A stretch of 64,000 nt of DNA from Lama guanicoe (GCA_013239625.1 MU054129.1:313238-377237); one strand, 5' to 3'. Shown: positions 14,751 through 28,517, numbered from the stretch's first letter. Made by a program: numbers and translations. Notes: generated from the letters alone by a model not told the origin.

Positions 14751-15894
14751 CACACCACCACAGCCAAATTCCTTTAAGAAGCTATCTTATAATAAGATTC
14801 TACTATACATCTGAAATGCATTTATAGAAAAAGTAAAAATAAGCAAAATAGTTTGAAATATTTGTCATGGCATAAGCACATTTGTCAAAATGTAGGTCAT
14901 GATTTGACCTGTCTAATTCTTTCACTAGATTTCAAAATATTATCAGTTAAAAAAATCAGATAAATATACTTAGAGAAAAGAATAGCAAAAATGAATCTGT
15001 GATTATATGAATGAAGTTTTTACTATATATCCCCTTCCTTGTGGCTTTTTCTTCACCAAAATTTTGGAAACATTTCTAAATAATAGATTACAGACTCTTG
15101 GAGAGCAAAAGCAGTTCTTACTCCATCTCTAAAATATCCTAGTGTGATGAAATGCCATGAATTACCTTTAAACATTAGTGGTAGTAAGGAAACTCTTCTA
15201 TACAGTCCTAGTCCAGGCCACTATTTTCAGAATTTCCCCTTGAAATGATCATCTGTAATCTACGTATTAGTATAAACGACAAAGAGAAAGAGAGCTCTAA
15301 TATCATATTTTGTAACTTTATGCTGTGACCCAGACTCACTTATTTTTCAATAGTTAAGGCCTCTGGTTTTGGTACAGATATCAACATAAATAATTTAGAG
15401 TAGGGATAATTAATAGTTTCAAGATCAGCTTAGTAAATTGAATTTGTTCAAAAGTATAAGCTTAGGACTTTTCCCTATATTATAGCATTTTCCACATGCA
15501 GCTTTCCTTTATGTCAGCATAGCAATCACAGCCCATAAGAAGCAGTGGCAACTCTATTAGAAACAGGAAAATAAGGCTCTAAATGAACCTTCTCCTCACA
15601 AATTAAAGACATGTGTCCTTAGACATCTCATTTGAATTTTATCCTTTTAAGAATTCTGTTTCCTTGTGGTACACAGTACCAATACATTTTGATGCCAGTA
15701 ACTATCAAAGATACCCATACATCAGAGGCCTTTCACCAATAGCCAGTATTAATACCCTGAAAACACATTAATCATAGACCTCAAATAGGAAGAGGTGAAG
15801 GAAAAGACAAAAGAAAATATTCAAATGTTCCTAGACAGAATTAAATTAGTTATCACAGACTTTTCTGTTATCTATGCAACAGAATTTTCTCCTC

Positions 15895-16573
15895 TGTAGG
15901 GAATCAGGGATATCTTCTTTGGCCCCCAAATCTTGATCTGAATATTTCTTTGATAAGCAGGGCTGGATTACCCCTCCTCCACAGTGGGTTCTGGCCGGCA
16001 GAAGTCCCACCGAGATGGAATGAACTACTCGAGACTCTGGAAAAAGTCAAGAGAGCGAGAGGGAGTAGGGAGCCAACTCCACGAGCCTCTCAAATTCTCC
16101 CACATTTATTGTGTATAGTCAAAGGAAAAAGTCATTACCAGTTGTGTGATAGTAAGGAGGAACTTGGGGAAAGACAGGATGAGACAGAGATTGTAGAAAC
16201 CACAATGAGTACAAAGGCTTAGTGTATCTTTAGGGACGTCATGGGGAGAGGGGAACAAGGTACATTCTTTAGACATGTTCATTACAAAGCAGACCACCAG
16301 ACCAGCCAGGTCCTTGTTTTGGGGATAATAGACTATCTAACAGCAAGCACGCCCAGCATTTATAGCTGAGGGCCTGGGTCCTTGCTTTGCAACAAGCAGA
16401 GTGCTATCTAAAACCTCAACTTTGCAAGCAAGGCATTGTCTCTGCTTTTTACACAAGGAAACAGGAGTGCAGACCCTGCTTCCAAAGCAGTTACTAAGGA
16501 CATTTGTTCTTCTTAAAGGTGACAGTTGGCTGGGGCTGGCTACAATTTGTTAACCCAATCATGGACTCCCACA
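15895..16573 (-). mobile_element. Solo LTR (679 bp), probably ERV2/betaretrovirus-like
   Basis: TG...CA ends with imperfect inverted termini (tgtagggaatc / ggactcccaca). 6-bp TSD with one mismatch (ctcctc 15889-15894 / ctccac 16574-16579). On minus, TATAAA (16359-16364) precedes AATAAA (16105-16110), as expected for U3-R-U5. Confidence 0.75.
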
Positions 16574-16994
16574 CTCCACCAAATGTATTACTTTATACTT
16601 AGTAGCAGCTCCTAAAACATGCAAGCATGATTTATAATAGTAACTGGTACATAATGAAAGCCCAAAGAATGTTAGTTTTGTTAACACTGTTTTTATTGTT
16701 GTCAAAGACTCTACTTTCAAGAATTAAAAAAGCCATGGCAATTTTGAAATGGAGTTAACATCAGATATACACCTTTTAATCTAAGCATATAACAAAATTT
16801 AGCCAGTTGCCAATTTCTAATTGATTATTATTATATCTATTATATTATATTATCTATTGTATCTATTAACACATACACAAATTTGGGTCAGCTCTCAGAA
16901 AAATAAAATAAATATTTGTCTATGGGATTTGCTTGATAAAACAATACAATACATTTTTGTGTCTAAATATATCACTTGGCTAAGTGTAAGCTTA

Positions 16995-18780
16995 AAACTT
17001 CCAGTCAGGTATTCTTGGTTATATATATATTTTTTTTCTTTCATCACTTTAAATGTATTATGCCACTCCCTTCTGACCTGCAAAATTTCTGCTAAAAAGT
17101 TAATTGAGAGCCTTACATAATTTATCTTTTATATAACTGGTTGCTTTTGACTTCCTGCTTTTAAATTTATTTGTTTGTTTTCTTTATCATTACATTTTGC
17201 CATTTTAATTACAATATGCCTTGTTGTGGATTTCTTTGGGTTGATCTTGTTTGAGATTCTATTTTTCCTGGTCTTGGGTGTCTATTTCCTTTCCCATGTG
17301 GGAGAAATTTTCATCTATCATCACTTTAAATAAGTTCTCTTCCTCTTTCTCTCTCTCCTCTCCTTCTGAGACCCCTACACTGTGAATGCTTGATGTTGTC
17401 CCAGAAGTATCTTAACTGTCCTCATTTTTTAACATATTTTTTGTTTGTTTGTTTAAGCTTGGGTATTTTCCATTACTCTGTCTTTCAGTTGGCTGATCTG
17501 TTCCTCTGTATCATCTAATTTACTGCTAATTTCTTCCTTTGTATTTTTTATTTATTGTATTCTTCAGCTCTGCTTGATTTTTAAAATATTTTTGAACTCT
17601 TGTTAAATTTCTCACTGTGTTCTGTTCTTCTGAGTTCAATAAGCATTTTTATGATCATTACTTTGAACTTTTGTCCAGGCAAATTGCTTATCTCCACTTT
17701 TCCTTGTTCTTCTGGGGTCTTATTTTTATATTTTATATCCCTCTTTCACCTCATTTTGCATAAGTCTCTGTATTTTTTCGTATGTATTTATGTTTCCCAA
17801 TCTTGGAGAAGTAGACTTATGTAGGAAAAGTAGTCTTATGTAGGGCCCAGCAGCACACTCCTCTCTGTTTCCCATAGCTGTGTGATCTGGAGTGTCCTCT
17901 ATGCGGGCTGATTGGGATGTTCTGTGGTAGAGCCAACTACTGTCACACGTTGGTAGAGGGGGCTGGCCCTCAGCCCACTGGTTGCCAGGCCCTAACCTGT
18001 GTGGAGGCTTCCAGTTGCTGGTGAGCGGGGTTGGCTCCTGCTATGGCTGGCTCATGACCTGGGGAGTTCCAGGGCTGTGCTGGACCACTGGCTGTTGTGG
18101 CCAGGCTATGGCATTGGTCCCTATTGGGACTAGTGTTCCCGACTGACCAGCTGTTGGGTAGGTAAGCCTCTGCCAGGTGCTAATAGGCTAGAGAGGGGGC
18201 TTTAAAAAGGCATTCAGCAGCACCAGTGTCACTGTCATAGAACAAGCACCCCAAAATGCTGCCACAAGCCTCCGTGTCCCTAGGATGAATCCCAGTACCT
18301 CCAGTCTCTGGGAGTCTCTCCAAGATCAGGAAGTTTGTCTGACTCAGGTTCTTTTCAAATTATCATCTCTGAGCTGGGTGTTAAAGCATGTGTATTTTGC
18401 ATGTGCCCTTTAAGAGCAAAGTCTTTGTTTCCCACAGCCCTCTGGCTCTTCCATATGCAAGTCCCATTGGCCTTAAAAGCAGGTGTTAAATGCGCTCTTC
18501 TTCCTGGTGGAGAACCCCCAGGCTGGGGAGCAAGTTATCTTTGCTCCTGGAGAAAATCCTCTGCAACTGTAATGATCTTGTTTGTAAGTCACCTGCCCAA
18601 GGGTGCTGGTCTAGAATTTATCCAGCCTTCACCCCTCCTACACATCTCGCTGTGGTTCCTGCTTTGTATTTTTAGTTGTGGAAAACTCTTCTCCACTTCT
18701 GTAAATAGTTGTAATTTTTGTGCACTGATAGGAGGATGTGAGCTCAGGGTCTTCCTACTCTTGTGTCTTGGCCATTCTTT
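16995..18780 (-). mobile_element. Older L1 5'UTR plus ORF1 remnant
   Basis: ORF1-like translation (QVRREWHNTFKVMKEK..QEYLTG), then a GC-richer 5'UTR-like stretch ending near 18780. Confidence 0.75.
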
Positions 18781-18939
18781 TTTACAACTATTTTCTTGTT
18801 TTGAAAATGATCTATGTTCTTTTAAAAGTATTTACTTTTGTATCTTAAATTCATTTTAGTTAGAAATTCTTGCTTTTTAGCTATGTTGTCAATTTACTTA
18901 GTTGTATATTTATATTTCAAATGTTTTGATAAAATTACT

Positions 18940-20330
18940 TCATACAGAAACCATAGAGAGAAGTGTCTTATTTATGGATTGATATACTTAACATCATAAA
19001 GAGGTTTTTTCACCTCAAATTAATCTATGAATATAAATCAAGATAACAATCCTAATAGAGTTGTGCTTAAACTTGACAAATTAATTCTAAAATGAATATA
19101 GAATTGAATACAGCCAAAAAGTCACTAAGACTCTCTTGAAGAGAAATATGAAGAGACTTAGATTATTAAGCATTAATAGTTTGAAAGAATAAGTTAATCA
19201 AAATATGGTCTCAGTAATAAAGAATCTAATGAGAAATACAAGAGATTAGCAAGTAAGATTGACAACAGACTACACAGATATGGGGATGAGTGCTTGATAA
19301 CTGACAGGGTATTGATAAATGATGAAAGTTATAAAAAACAAAAATGAAAGGTTTTATAAGTGATTTCACTTAAAATTAGCATTTCTACATGATAAAAACA
19401 CCATAAATATAATGAAGATGAACAACACTAAAAAAGAATGCAATAATAAGTAATTTATAAACAGAATGTACAAAGGAAAGCACACCATAAATGATCCAAT
19501 AGAAAGAAACTGGTCACATATGTAAATAGGTAACTCACCTAGAAAGAATTTTGAATTGCTAAGAAAGAAATGGAAAGATACCCAATGATCTTGGTCAGGA
19601 AAGAGAAAATGAAAGTAAGAGTCTACCATTCTCTGTCCATGGTACTGCTCAAAGCTAATCTATCTTATCACAAGTGTCAGAAATAACAAGTGGAAATTGA
19701 GACTGTCGTCATATTGCTGATGAGGATATAAACTGTCGTACCACTTTGGAGAACGATTGAACAATATTTACAAAAGAAATACATGCATATTCCATGATCA
19801 AACAATTATTTTTATTTCTGCTTTTCCTAGAGACACTTTTTGAGCATGTGTCCAGGGACATCTATTGCAGTACTATTTAAAGGCAAGACATTGTTAACAT
19901 AACTTTTTCAACAATCCAGTGGATAAGTACACCATAACATCTTTATAGTAGGACACTTTTCTACAAATAAAAATGTTAGCTGTATACAAAAAACATGGGA
20001 AAATTTAGAAATATAACTCTAAAGAAAAAGCAAATTGCAAAATGACAGCAAGAGTATGATATAATTTATATAAAGTTTTAAAATACACAAAACTGTGTAC
20101 TATTGATGCTTTCATACCTATGTAATAAAAGTTTAAATATATAAGTGAGACACTATATAGTAATAAAAGTAGTGGAAAATGGATCAGAGAAAAAGGGCTT
20201 TGGTGTTATAAAACACTGTCCCTTTAAATAAAAAGTTAGATATATACTAATAACAGAATATGATAACGATTATTGGTGATGGGTAAGTTTATATGTCGTA
20301 TTATTTTATGTGTGCTTGAACTATTTGATA
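18940..20330 (+). mobile_element. Ancient L1M (ME-like) ORF2/3' fragments
   Basis: Degenerate L1 motifs (aacttgacaaattaattctaaaatgaatatagaa; gtaccactttggagaacgattgaacaat) in A-rich sequence; boundaries approximate. Confidence 0.55.
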
Positions 20331-23300
20331 ATTAAGGATAAAGTTGGCACAACCAGAACGCTAAAATTACAGTAAATATGTATCCTTCATCCAAGCTAGT
20401 GCAGACCTGGTATGTCTAAAGTCAAAAACTAAATGTCATCCCTCCCCAGTGACTCACAATGATACAATTAGTTCTTAAACGCCACTTCACACACAAAGGT
20501 GAAAGGGGTCAGGGATGAGAGCAAAACTGCGTTGATTAGGATTCTGCATAGGAGATTTTGGAAGTGTTCTTCATTCACCTCCAGTTACGAACGCAGAATT
20601 CTTATGACGGTTAAGTGAATTAACACCTACAAAGAACTTAAAGCAGTGCCTGATAAGGTAAATGCTCAATAAATTCTGGTTATTGAGAAAACACAAGAGA
20701 GAGATTATAGAAGTGACCAGCTCTCAAAATTACTAGCAAGTCAACAATAACATAATGCAGCTAAGATCTGAGGTTAGGACACCACTCAGGTCCACGCGTC
20801 CATACTCACATATCACTTGGTATGCATAGCTCAGACAAAGAATTTTGATAAACAGATGCTTGCCTTTATTATGTTGTAAATAACCAAAAGGAATAGGAAC
20901 AAATGTGCTGGCATCAGCAATGATTTAGAACCAGCAGAGTGGTGGATTTCACTTTTACAATTACTCTGTATATCATCCCTCCCGGCTGTGACAAAATGTA
21001 AGTATCAAAATGCAAGCCTTGAAAAATAGAGAAGACAGTGTAAACTTTGGAACTGATCATTTCAGCGTTCAAATCAGGATACAACTTTTTTTTTACTAGG
21101 CAAATGATATTGAAAAAGTATTCAAATAATCTTTGCTTCAGAAAATTCATCATATAAAAAATAATGTCATGACTGAATTCCCAGGAGTGTTGTAGGTTTA
21201 TATTCATATAAATATAAAGCCTGACACTGATGTAGGTAATGTTAGTTCCCTGTGTTAAAATATAATCAGACTTCACAATATTTACTGTCCCTTTATTTAA
21301 CATTTCTCATCATAACTCAGTTATTTCTGTGAGAATCACTTATCAATCCCAATTAACTTAAAATATATCATTTTAAATCAGTGTAGCTACAAGCTTTCAT
21401 GAAACTTTTTAGTAACTTCACATGTATTATCAAACATTTATTATTACACCAACCACCTTTTCTAGTTCAAGCCATTAAACACACACACACACTCACATGC
21501 ACAGATGCAGCAATTAAGTTAACCGGAAATTTTAAGAAAATGTTAATTCACTGATGCTTCTGTGCATTCCTTCCCCAGAGGCCAGTAAAGGGTAGGTGGG
21601 AGGATCCCTGCCAGTGACTGGCATCAATTTACAGCTGAAGTTTTATTGCTTCTCTAACATGTCAGTAGCTCTTTCATTGAGAACGTGGTGTACAGCCTCC
21701 TAATGCAGTTCTCATGGTAAAAAGTAATAAGACTGTTTAAGAGGAGTGATCAGTTCATCACCAAGAGGGCAAAGAAAGAAACTGCAGCCTCCCTCCATCT
21801 CCCCACAAAGATCAGCAATCTTTGATCCCCCCAAGTACCTGACTTTTGGAGATCTCATGGGGTCTACTTTAAAAACATAAGCAACACAAACACAAAATTA
21901 ACTTGAAATAGTTAAGCATAAAACCTGAACTTGTAAAATTCCTAGAAAAAAACAGAGGAGAAATCTCCTCGACATTGGTCTTGGATACTATAGACAAATG
22001 TGTACACAGCACAATGTTCTCAAGTGAACCTGTATTCTGACAACAATAATTAGTTAATGGCTGTGACCATTTTAGGACAGTTTTAACATATAACTTTGTG
22101 AAGAACACACAGGTAAGTTGAAAATTATAAAATCTTAAATGTAGAAGAAAATTTAAAGAGCATATACTCATTGGCAATACAAAATGCATTCTTCAATAAG
22201 ATGGCAGTGCCTATGACGGCATTTGGCACCTACTTGGTGTTCAGTAAATATTTATTCACCTAGTATCACTTCGCTGTGCTTGTAACATCAGACCGCTACC
22301 ACACTGATCTAGTAGAACTTTCAAAAGAAGACTTGAGGAGAGTTGAACCCAGTTTTGGTGAATTTTTGCCATTTGGTGGAGACTGCTGCTTCCCTTACTA
22401 AGAATTTGTCACCCAAATAATATAATTATTTCAAAAATTTATCCAGCCCGATCATCATGACAAACTAAGAAGTCTTTAGCTTTTTGGTCAATTTCTTCTC
22501 TTTCACATGTTAATTTAAACTATTAAAAATATTTTCAAACCCTCCTGTGGCACCATGTCTTCCACCAGTCATTTTTCTAAAATTTCTTGAACAAATTGTT
22601 TATGCTTAGTCTTCAGGTTTTCCATCTCTCTCATGCCTTGTGCCCACAAATAACATCCTCAACATGCCAGTTATGGAAGTGATGCTTCTGACATAAGCAT
22701 ATTTCACCTTTTTTTGCTCTCCTTTAAAATACTCCCTTTCTGGAGACCCCACTGCTTTGTTTCTCTCTTTAATAACCCCCCTTAAAAAAAACCTTCCTTG
22801 TATTATAAAGAATTTGTTTATAAATATGTCTCAATTATTATTTTAGTGTTGTTTCTCACTTACATTTGACACTGTCTTGCATATCATATAACCTCATTCC
22901 AAGCTCTCAAACACCCACACCCTCAAACTGCCTTTTTCCTGGACATGGGCCAGTTTGTTTTTTTATTATTCTGAGTGTTTCTATGTTTTCTCAACCCGTC
23001 ACCTCTGTGGAGATAAAAATCACTCCCATGAGAAGAAGAGAGTTCTTCTGCCACCCCGCCCCCACCCCCGAGCGCTACTTGTGTTTGTTAGGGTTTCCGA
23101 TCCAAGGTGGGGGGTGCTTCCTGGTGGCCCAAGAGGGAGCGAAGTCCAGCAGCATGAATGAGGTCGTTGGCACGGGGAAGCTGGAGGCAGGCTGAGGAGA
23201 AGCTGGGTGAGGGGGAGCTTTTTGGCTTTCCCCTCTTGGGCAGGGAGGAGGGTTTCCCAAGTTGGAGACCCAAGACGAGGGAGGGGAGCTGTCAGTTGAG

Positions 23301-23629
23301 TTCTGATCCTGGCCCTGAATGGGGTGGATCGCTGAACACAGGTGGTTCGGGCTCTCCAGCCGAGAACGCCCTTCTCTTCCTCTTTGTGCAGAAACGCCTT
23401 CTGCGGATCAAGAAACTCCATTCCGAGACCCTCGCTGGAAGAGTCCTTTCCAGACTGACCGCAGTCCTCCTGGGCTAAGGGGTCCAGGGGATGGCGCCTC
23501 CATTCGATCTGCCTTCCATCCATCCGTCCGCGCACAAGATCTTGAACGTTCTTGTAGCATTCTGGGTGGTAGCATTTCTCCAGGATCCTCCAAATCTTTG
23601 TAAGTCCTCTCCTGGCAGATTCCACCCCA

Positions 23630-23865
23630 AGGTCCTACCGCGCAGCACAGGGAACTAGATTCAGTCCCTCGGGACGAGGTCTACTGAAAAAGACCCAGCC
23701 CGAACCAGCTGGGCCATCCGATCAACGTCTTTGCAGGGTCTAAAAAGAGGCCGACAAGCAGGTGGCGCGCGGCAGTCAGCAGGTGAGCGCCCCGATGGAT
23801 CGGGATCGCTGGGCGGCCGGGACGCGTGGCCGGACCACCGGGCCCACAGACCGCCTGGCGTGCAT
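23630..23865 (+). promoter_or_regulatory. Small CpG-rich promoter-like patch with TATA-like element and splice donor
   Basis: CpG-dense island in an AT-rich background. TAAAAAG at 23741-23747, initiator-like cAGT about 33 nt downstream (23774), CAG|GTGAGC donor (GT at 23783-23784), and three E-boxes (cagctg, caggtg x2). No linked gene identified. Confidence 0.4.
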
Positions 23866-25539
23866 TTCTCCACTTGGGTGGGCCAGTTTTTACATTGTAA
23901 GTAATTATGAGTTTTCTTCAGCAAAGATTCCCTAGGGCTGACAATAATAGTCTTACTGCCCTAATTAAAGCTTTTTATAATAAAGCTAATATCTATTCTT
24001 GTTTAGGTGAAAAATGTTTGAGATCATTCTTGTTTTTAAAATCTTCAAAATAGGAGAAGAGTTCAACCAACCACAAGGTCACATCTATGAACTGTGATTT
24101 CATTCCTTAACAATTAGGCAGGATTTTGCAATTACTTTTGTCTTAATACCTAATTTAAGATAAGAGAGAGTTAAATAATACATTTATCACGTATTAATAC
24201 TATTGTTTGAAAAATAGAAAAAAGTATACAAATAAAATGAATCCAAAACTCTGCTGCAAAGTCAGAATGGGTCCCATCAACAAACTAAATGGTAGAGAAT
24301 TTCTTGAGCAAGGAATAAAAATAAGACCAAAGGCATACCTGAGCATTCTGAAATCCTAGTCAAGCTAAAGAGACAGTCAAAAATAAATGAATTGTTTTGC
24401 AGAAGAACTCCAGAATAATTTAAAGATGAGAGGAAAGATGGGGCAAAGGAGAATCAACCATAGTGTAATCAGCAGAGATTAATTAGAAAGATGGAAACAA
24501 TTATATGATCCTTTATCCTCAGAAGTAACTTCCCTCTCCCACTGATTGTCCCCAGGAAGAATCACAAATAAAACCAACCAAATGAAAAATAAACTGAAAC
24601 AGTAGCCTGAGACTCATAAAGGTACCAAAAGTCATGCAAGCTCACAAATAGAGAAGATAATCTACCTACATTTTTCTAGAGTCAGCTGTTGATCTCATCC
24701 TTGAGTTTTGAGTTTAGCGCTTTCATGGATGATGTGAGAAATGTGTCTGTTTCACAGTAGTTTTCTGTTGCTTTCATCTTTGAGAACAGATGCTCAGGAA
24801 TGTATGCATATATTGAACTGGTTGTTGGGTTGGTATGAGATAGAAGTGGTGAGACTACTCCTGCCAACCCAGATTCTCAGAGGTGAAATTAGCAGCAGAG
24901 GCAATAGGAAAATGATTTAACTGATCATGTAATTAGCTAGATCTATGTGAACACTGAGGACGAAGTGTGGGGAATAAACAGAAATTGATTCCATGAAATG
25001 CTGAACTTTCACTTTATTTTACATTTCAACTAAGGCTGCCATGTTGTCTAAATTTACTTGAATATTTTAAGGCATTAATCAAAAAAGAGTAATAACCCAA
25101 CAATTGGAAGAAAAGTGTCTGGAAGGATCCACAGAATTTAGCACGCAACTGAATGGACCAACACTGAAACATCATTCACACTTAGTAGAAGAAAGTTGGC
25201 AATTGTCCCCATTTGCTAGCACTTATTGTTTCTCAATAGGTGATTATAACTGAAACACAACATGACCTGAATGCTTGAATGAAGGCATGAGTGAAGAAGA
25301 AAAAGTTGCATTTAGAATAAATTAGAGGGTCTTATCAATATAGTCTATCCACAACTTGGGTTAAATATACGAGCATAGATTTTGCAGGTAAAAATCAAAG
25401 AGAAGATGAAGTAATTTGGGATTGGGCTGGGCTAAATTGATACATGTGCAATCACTAGAGGCTCGGCATTTAGTGTGCTTATCTGGGACTTGGTTAGTCA
25501 TTAAAATACTTTCTAAGTGTGCGGCACAAGTAGAACCAA

Positions 25540-27960
25540 ACAATGACCAGAAAGCCTTTGGGTGACCCAGGGTGAAGGATCCAGTAACAACAAACAATAG
25601 AAATGCTGGGCTATCTCTTTAAGAATCCTTAGCACCTCACCATGTCTCATGGCCAGTCCCAGGCACTTTCCTCTTGATCAAATGAAACAATTGACCAAAA
25701 TCTTTTAAATAGAGCTTTCTTTTCCAATGCAGCTGCACCTTCGCCGACCGCTCCAACCTGCGGGCGCATCTCCAGACCCACTCAGATATCAAGAAGAACC
25801 AGTGAGAGATGCTCCAGAACCTTCTCCTGAATGTCCCTGCTCCACAAGCACCAAGAGTTGGGCTGCCCAGGGGGCTCCTGCTGACTCTTAAGGCTCCTTC
25901 CGACTTTCAAGACCCTCCCCTGACTGCAGCCTCCCCCAGCTCCAGAAGGACGTTACCCTGCATCCTTCTCACTGCCACAGAATCCCCTTCTGAGCTCCAC
26001 CTTCTGGCTGCATTGGGCCCCACAGGACTCTGAGGACCAGTTCCCAGTCATCCACTTGGGTGTCTCATTGGGCTCTGAGAGAGGCCTTTCTGTGGACAGC
26101 TGATGGGAGGGTGGCTGGCATCAGAGACCCCTCCTGGTGGTTGCCGCTCCCAAGCATTCCGGAGTTGGCCTTTCCCTGTGGGTTTGTGTATCCAAAGCTG
26201 TTGGATAACAGCTGTTTTGAGCTCCAGGACAAAAGATGGCAGACTTATAAGAATCTATCCCCAACTCAGGGGACCCCAGCCTACCCCTCAGGAACCCTCA
26301 GGCCACCCCGCCAGGAGATGTGACTGACTGTGCAATTGTCCACCCCAGGTGCACCCACAGGGCCTGCGGGTATGGTCACTGACACTAGGACAGTGTCTAG
26401 TACCCAGGATGCCCCAAGGCCTGGGCAGTTATTTCAGCCTCCTGTTTGTCATGGGCACACCTATTTCATGGGCCATTTAACAACGTCTCAAAAGGGACTG
26501 TGAGTGATGGACTTCACTCGTCGGGGGCCCAAGTAGGGCATTTCCTCCCAACTGAAGCATCTCCTGGAACAATTTTGAGGCCCTACAGGTGGGCCCAGGA
26601 GGAAGATGTTTACATTTTTAAAGGTACACTGGTATTTATATTGCAAGCAACATTTTGTACTAAGGAAACATTTTGTATAGTTACATGTATAGTTTATTAA
26701 TATTCAATAAAGTGGTTAATTTCTATATAGAAATAAATAAGTAAATGGTAGAGCATTCTTGTCTGTCCTCTGTAGGACAGGAACGTCTATGAGACATTTG
26801 TAATCTCATGCTGAGTGGAATGAGTCATGAGGTTTTGTCCCCAAGTGCTAATTGCTAAATGCTGTTAACAAAATGAGTACAGTCATTGCAAATACAGTAC
26901 CAAGGGCATAATAATCAGGGTGCAGAGGATGGTCTGACATCAAGAGACCTCTCCTGTTAATCAATTCAGAATTCACCAAGAACAAAACCAACAATCACAA
27001 GTTCCAAGAACAAAGGGCTCACTTGAGTTACTGGGCAGTAGAGTCAGCTCCTTCCTCCTAATTTCTAGTTGTGAGTTAAGTTTATTCTTCCGTATATGAG
27101 AATTTTTCAGATTTCTCCATGGCCATTGATCTGGGTAACTCTTCACTGAGAAAGGAAAATGTCCCATCTTTTGAATCCAGAAATGGCAGAACAGTAATCG
27201 GAGTCTCAATATACCAGTAAGAATGAGAGTTTAGCTGGACTTGGTTGATAAATGAAGTTCTCACTTGGAATCACCTTATGATAGACCCAGAGGAACCCAC
27301 GCCATCTTTTCTGGTCTCTTTCCCGGTTACTCTGCTATGAAACCAACAGAAACCTAGTTCCATGATGTTAGCAAGTTGAAGTCATTGGATGTTCCTCTTT
27401 ATAGAACCAGTAAATCAAAAAAAAAATTTAAACCTTGATGGAATTGCAAAGATATCTTAATAGATTTGAAAGATACAGAGGTGGAAGTTCCAAATATATT
27501 CCCATTTATTTTCTGAGTTTTTCCAGTACATATAATGGATAGTTCTGTAGAATAATAGGATTACAGAGAATTTAATCAGGTGGTGACTTCAATTGAAATG
27601 AGTATTCCATATGTGAACACTACCATGGAGCAAATTATTAAAGCTCCTAGAACTTATTATAAAATTGTTGCTCTGGCAAATAAATTTTTCTCCAAAGTAT
27701 AGTTAATTTTCAACCAGGCAGAAGAGCAGGATACTATTTAAATCATGACTGAGGGATTCATCAATTATTTTCTTTCTCTCCCATAATCTAGACAACATTT
27801 GGTCTTTTTGGTTTTGAGGGCTTATATTTCAGACAGGTTTTAAAAAACTCATTGACACTATGACAAAAAAATTCTTTCAATTCCATCTTGTTATTGTGAG
27901 TAATGTTTCTCTGCACAAAAAATAAAAAAGAAAAACCCCACTGAGTCATAAGATTAACAT
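25540..27960 (+). mobile_element. Ancient ERVL internal remnant (gag-pro-RT), interrupted by the SNAI1 retrocopy
   Basis: Degenerate matches to ERVL gag (SLK..VLCR.G rejoined across the SNAI1 TSD), protease (PWPLIWVTLH.GKGN, VINEVL) and RT (GIAKIS..DLKDTEV, DYREFNQVVTSI, EQIIKAPRTYY..VALANKFFS, HNL) at ~27110-27790; outer boundaries uncertain. Confidence 0.65.
25728..26748 (+). pseudogene. SNAI1: 5'-truncated retro-pseudogene of SNAI1 (last two zinc fingers plus complete 3'UTR)
   Basis: Translation CSCTFADRSNLRAHLQTHSDIKKNQ*..CSRTFS*MSLLHKHQELGCPGGSC* matches the SNAI1 C-terminus. Premature TGA at 25803-25805 and 25828-25830, a frameshift near 25809, native-position stop at 25882-25884. The 3'UTR resembles SNAI1 (acattttaaaggtacactggtatttatatt). 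AATAAA at 26706-26711, A-rich tail, ~15-bp TSD with 2 mismatches (25710-25724 / 26749-26763) at a TT/AAAT site. Confidence 0.92.
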
Positions 27961-28120
27961 TGAGCCTTGTCTCAATTTTACAAGCGCTTTTCTTCTACAG
28001 ATACCTAAACGTATTAGGAAGAAATGGCCTCTTTCTATTGTTAAGAGATTATTTTTAAATTAAATTATACATTGTACGTTGGTAATTTCTCAAAGTCCCC
28101 AATATGTTTGTGTCATTTGG

Positions 28121-28517
28121 TACTGTCCTGGGTTCTAGATCCACCTAGATAGCATGAGGAACATATTTACCACCTGTGGCTTCACTGCAGTACACAGAGA
28201 TGTGGTCCAGCTGCAGGTCGCTAACCCCATGATAGGTGCTGGTGCAGTTGCTGCCATGTCCATTACTGATCACCTCCCAGAACTTGGCACCCATCTGGTT
28301 GCCACACTGATCGCCCTAGATGTGCACAATTTCCCTCGTGGTTAAAAGTTATTCTAATCTTTTTGCTCACTTCAAGGTGTGTACGGGGCGAGAAAATGAT
28401 ATGTAATTTGTTTTTCTCTGCTTCTGGTCACAGGCTGGAAGGAGGGGATGGGCCCCGGAGGCTGGAGCAGCGAGGTCGGAACACAGTGGCAGGAAGGTTC
28501 TGAGAGGGAGAAAGGAG
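28121..28517 (-). pseudogene. TUBB: Processed pseudogene fragment of beta-tubulin TUBB (5'UTR plus codons 1 to ~72 only)
   Basis: Minus translation (T)[66 protein letters not shown] runs across the exon 1/2 and 2/3 junctions without introns. ATG->ACG at 28337-28339; stops at 28316-28318 and 28145-28147. Upstream sequence resembles the TUBB 5'UTR (ctcagaaccttcctgcc...ctcgctgctccagcctc...ttttaacc). Confidence 0.93.

Noticed and set aside
23020..23625. 201-aa minus-strand ORF as a CDS
   Set aside because: Non-ATG start and no recognisable domain; long ORFs arise easily in GC-rich DNA.
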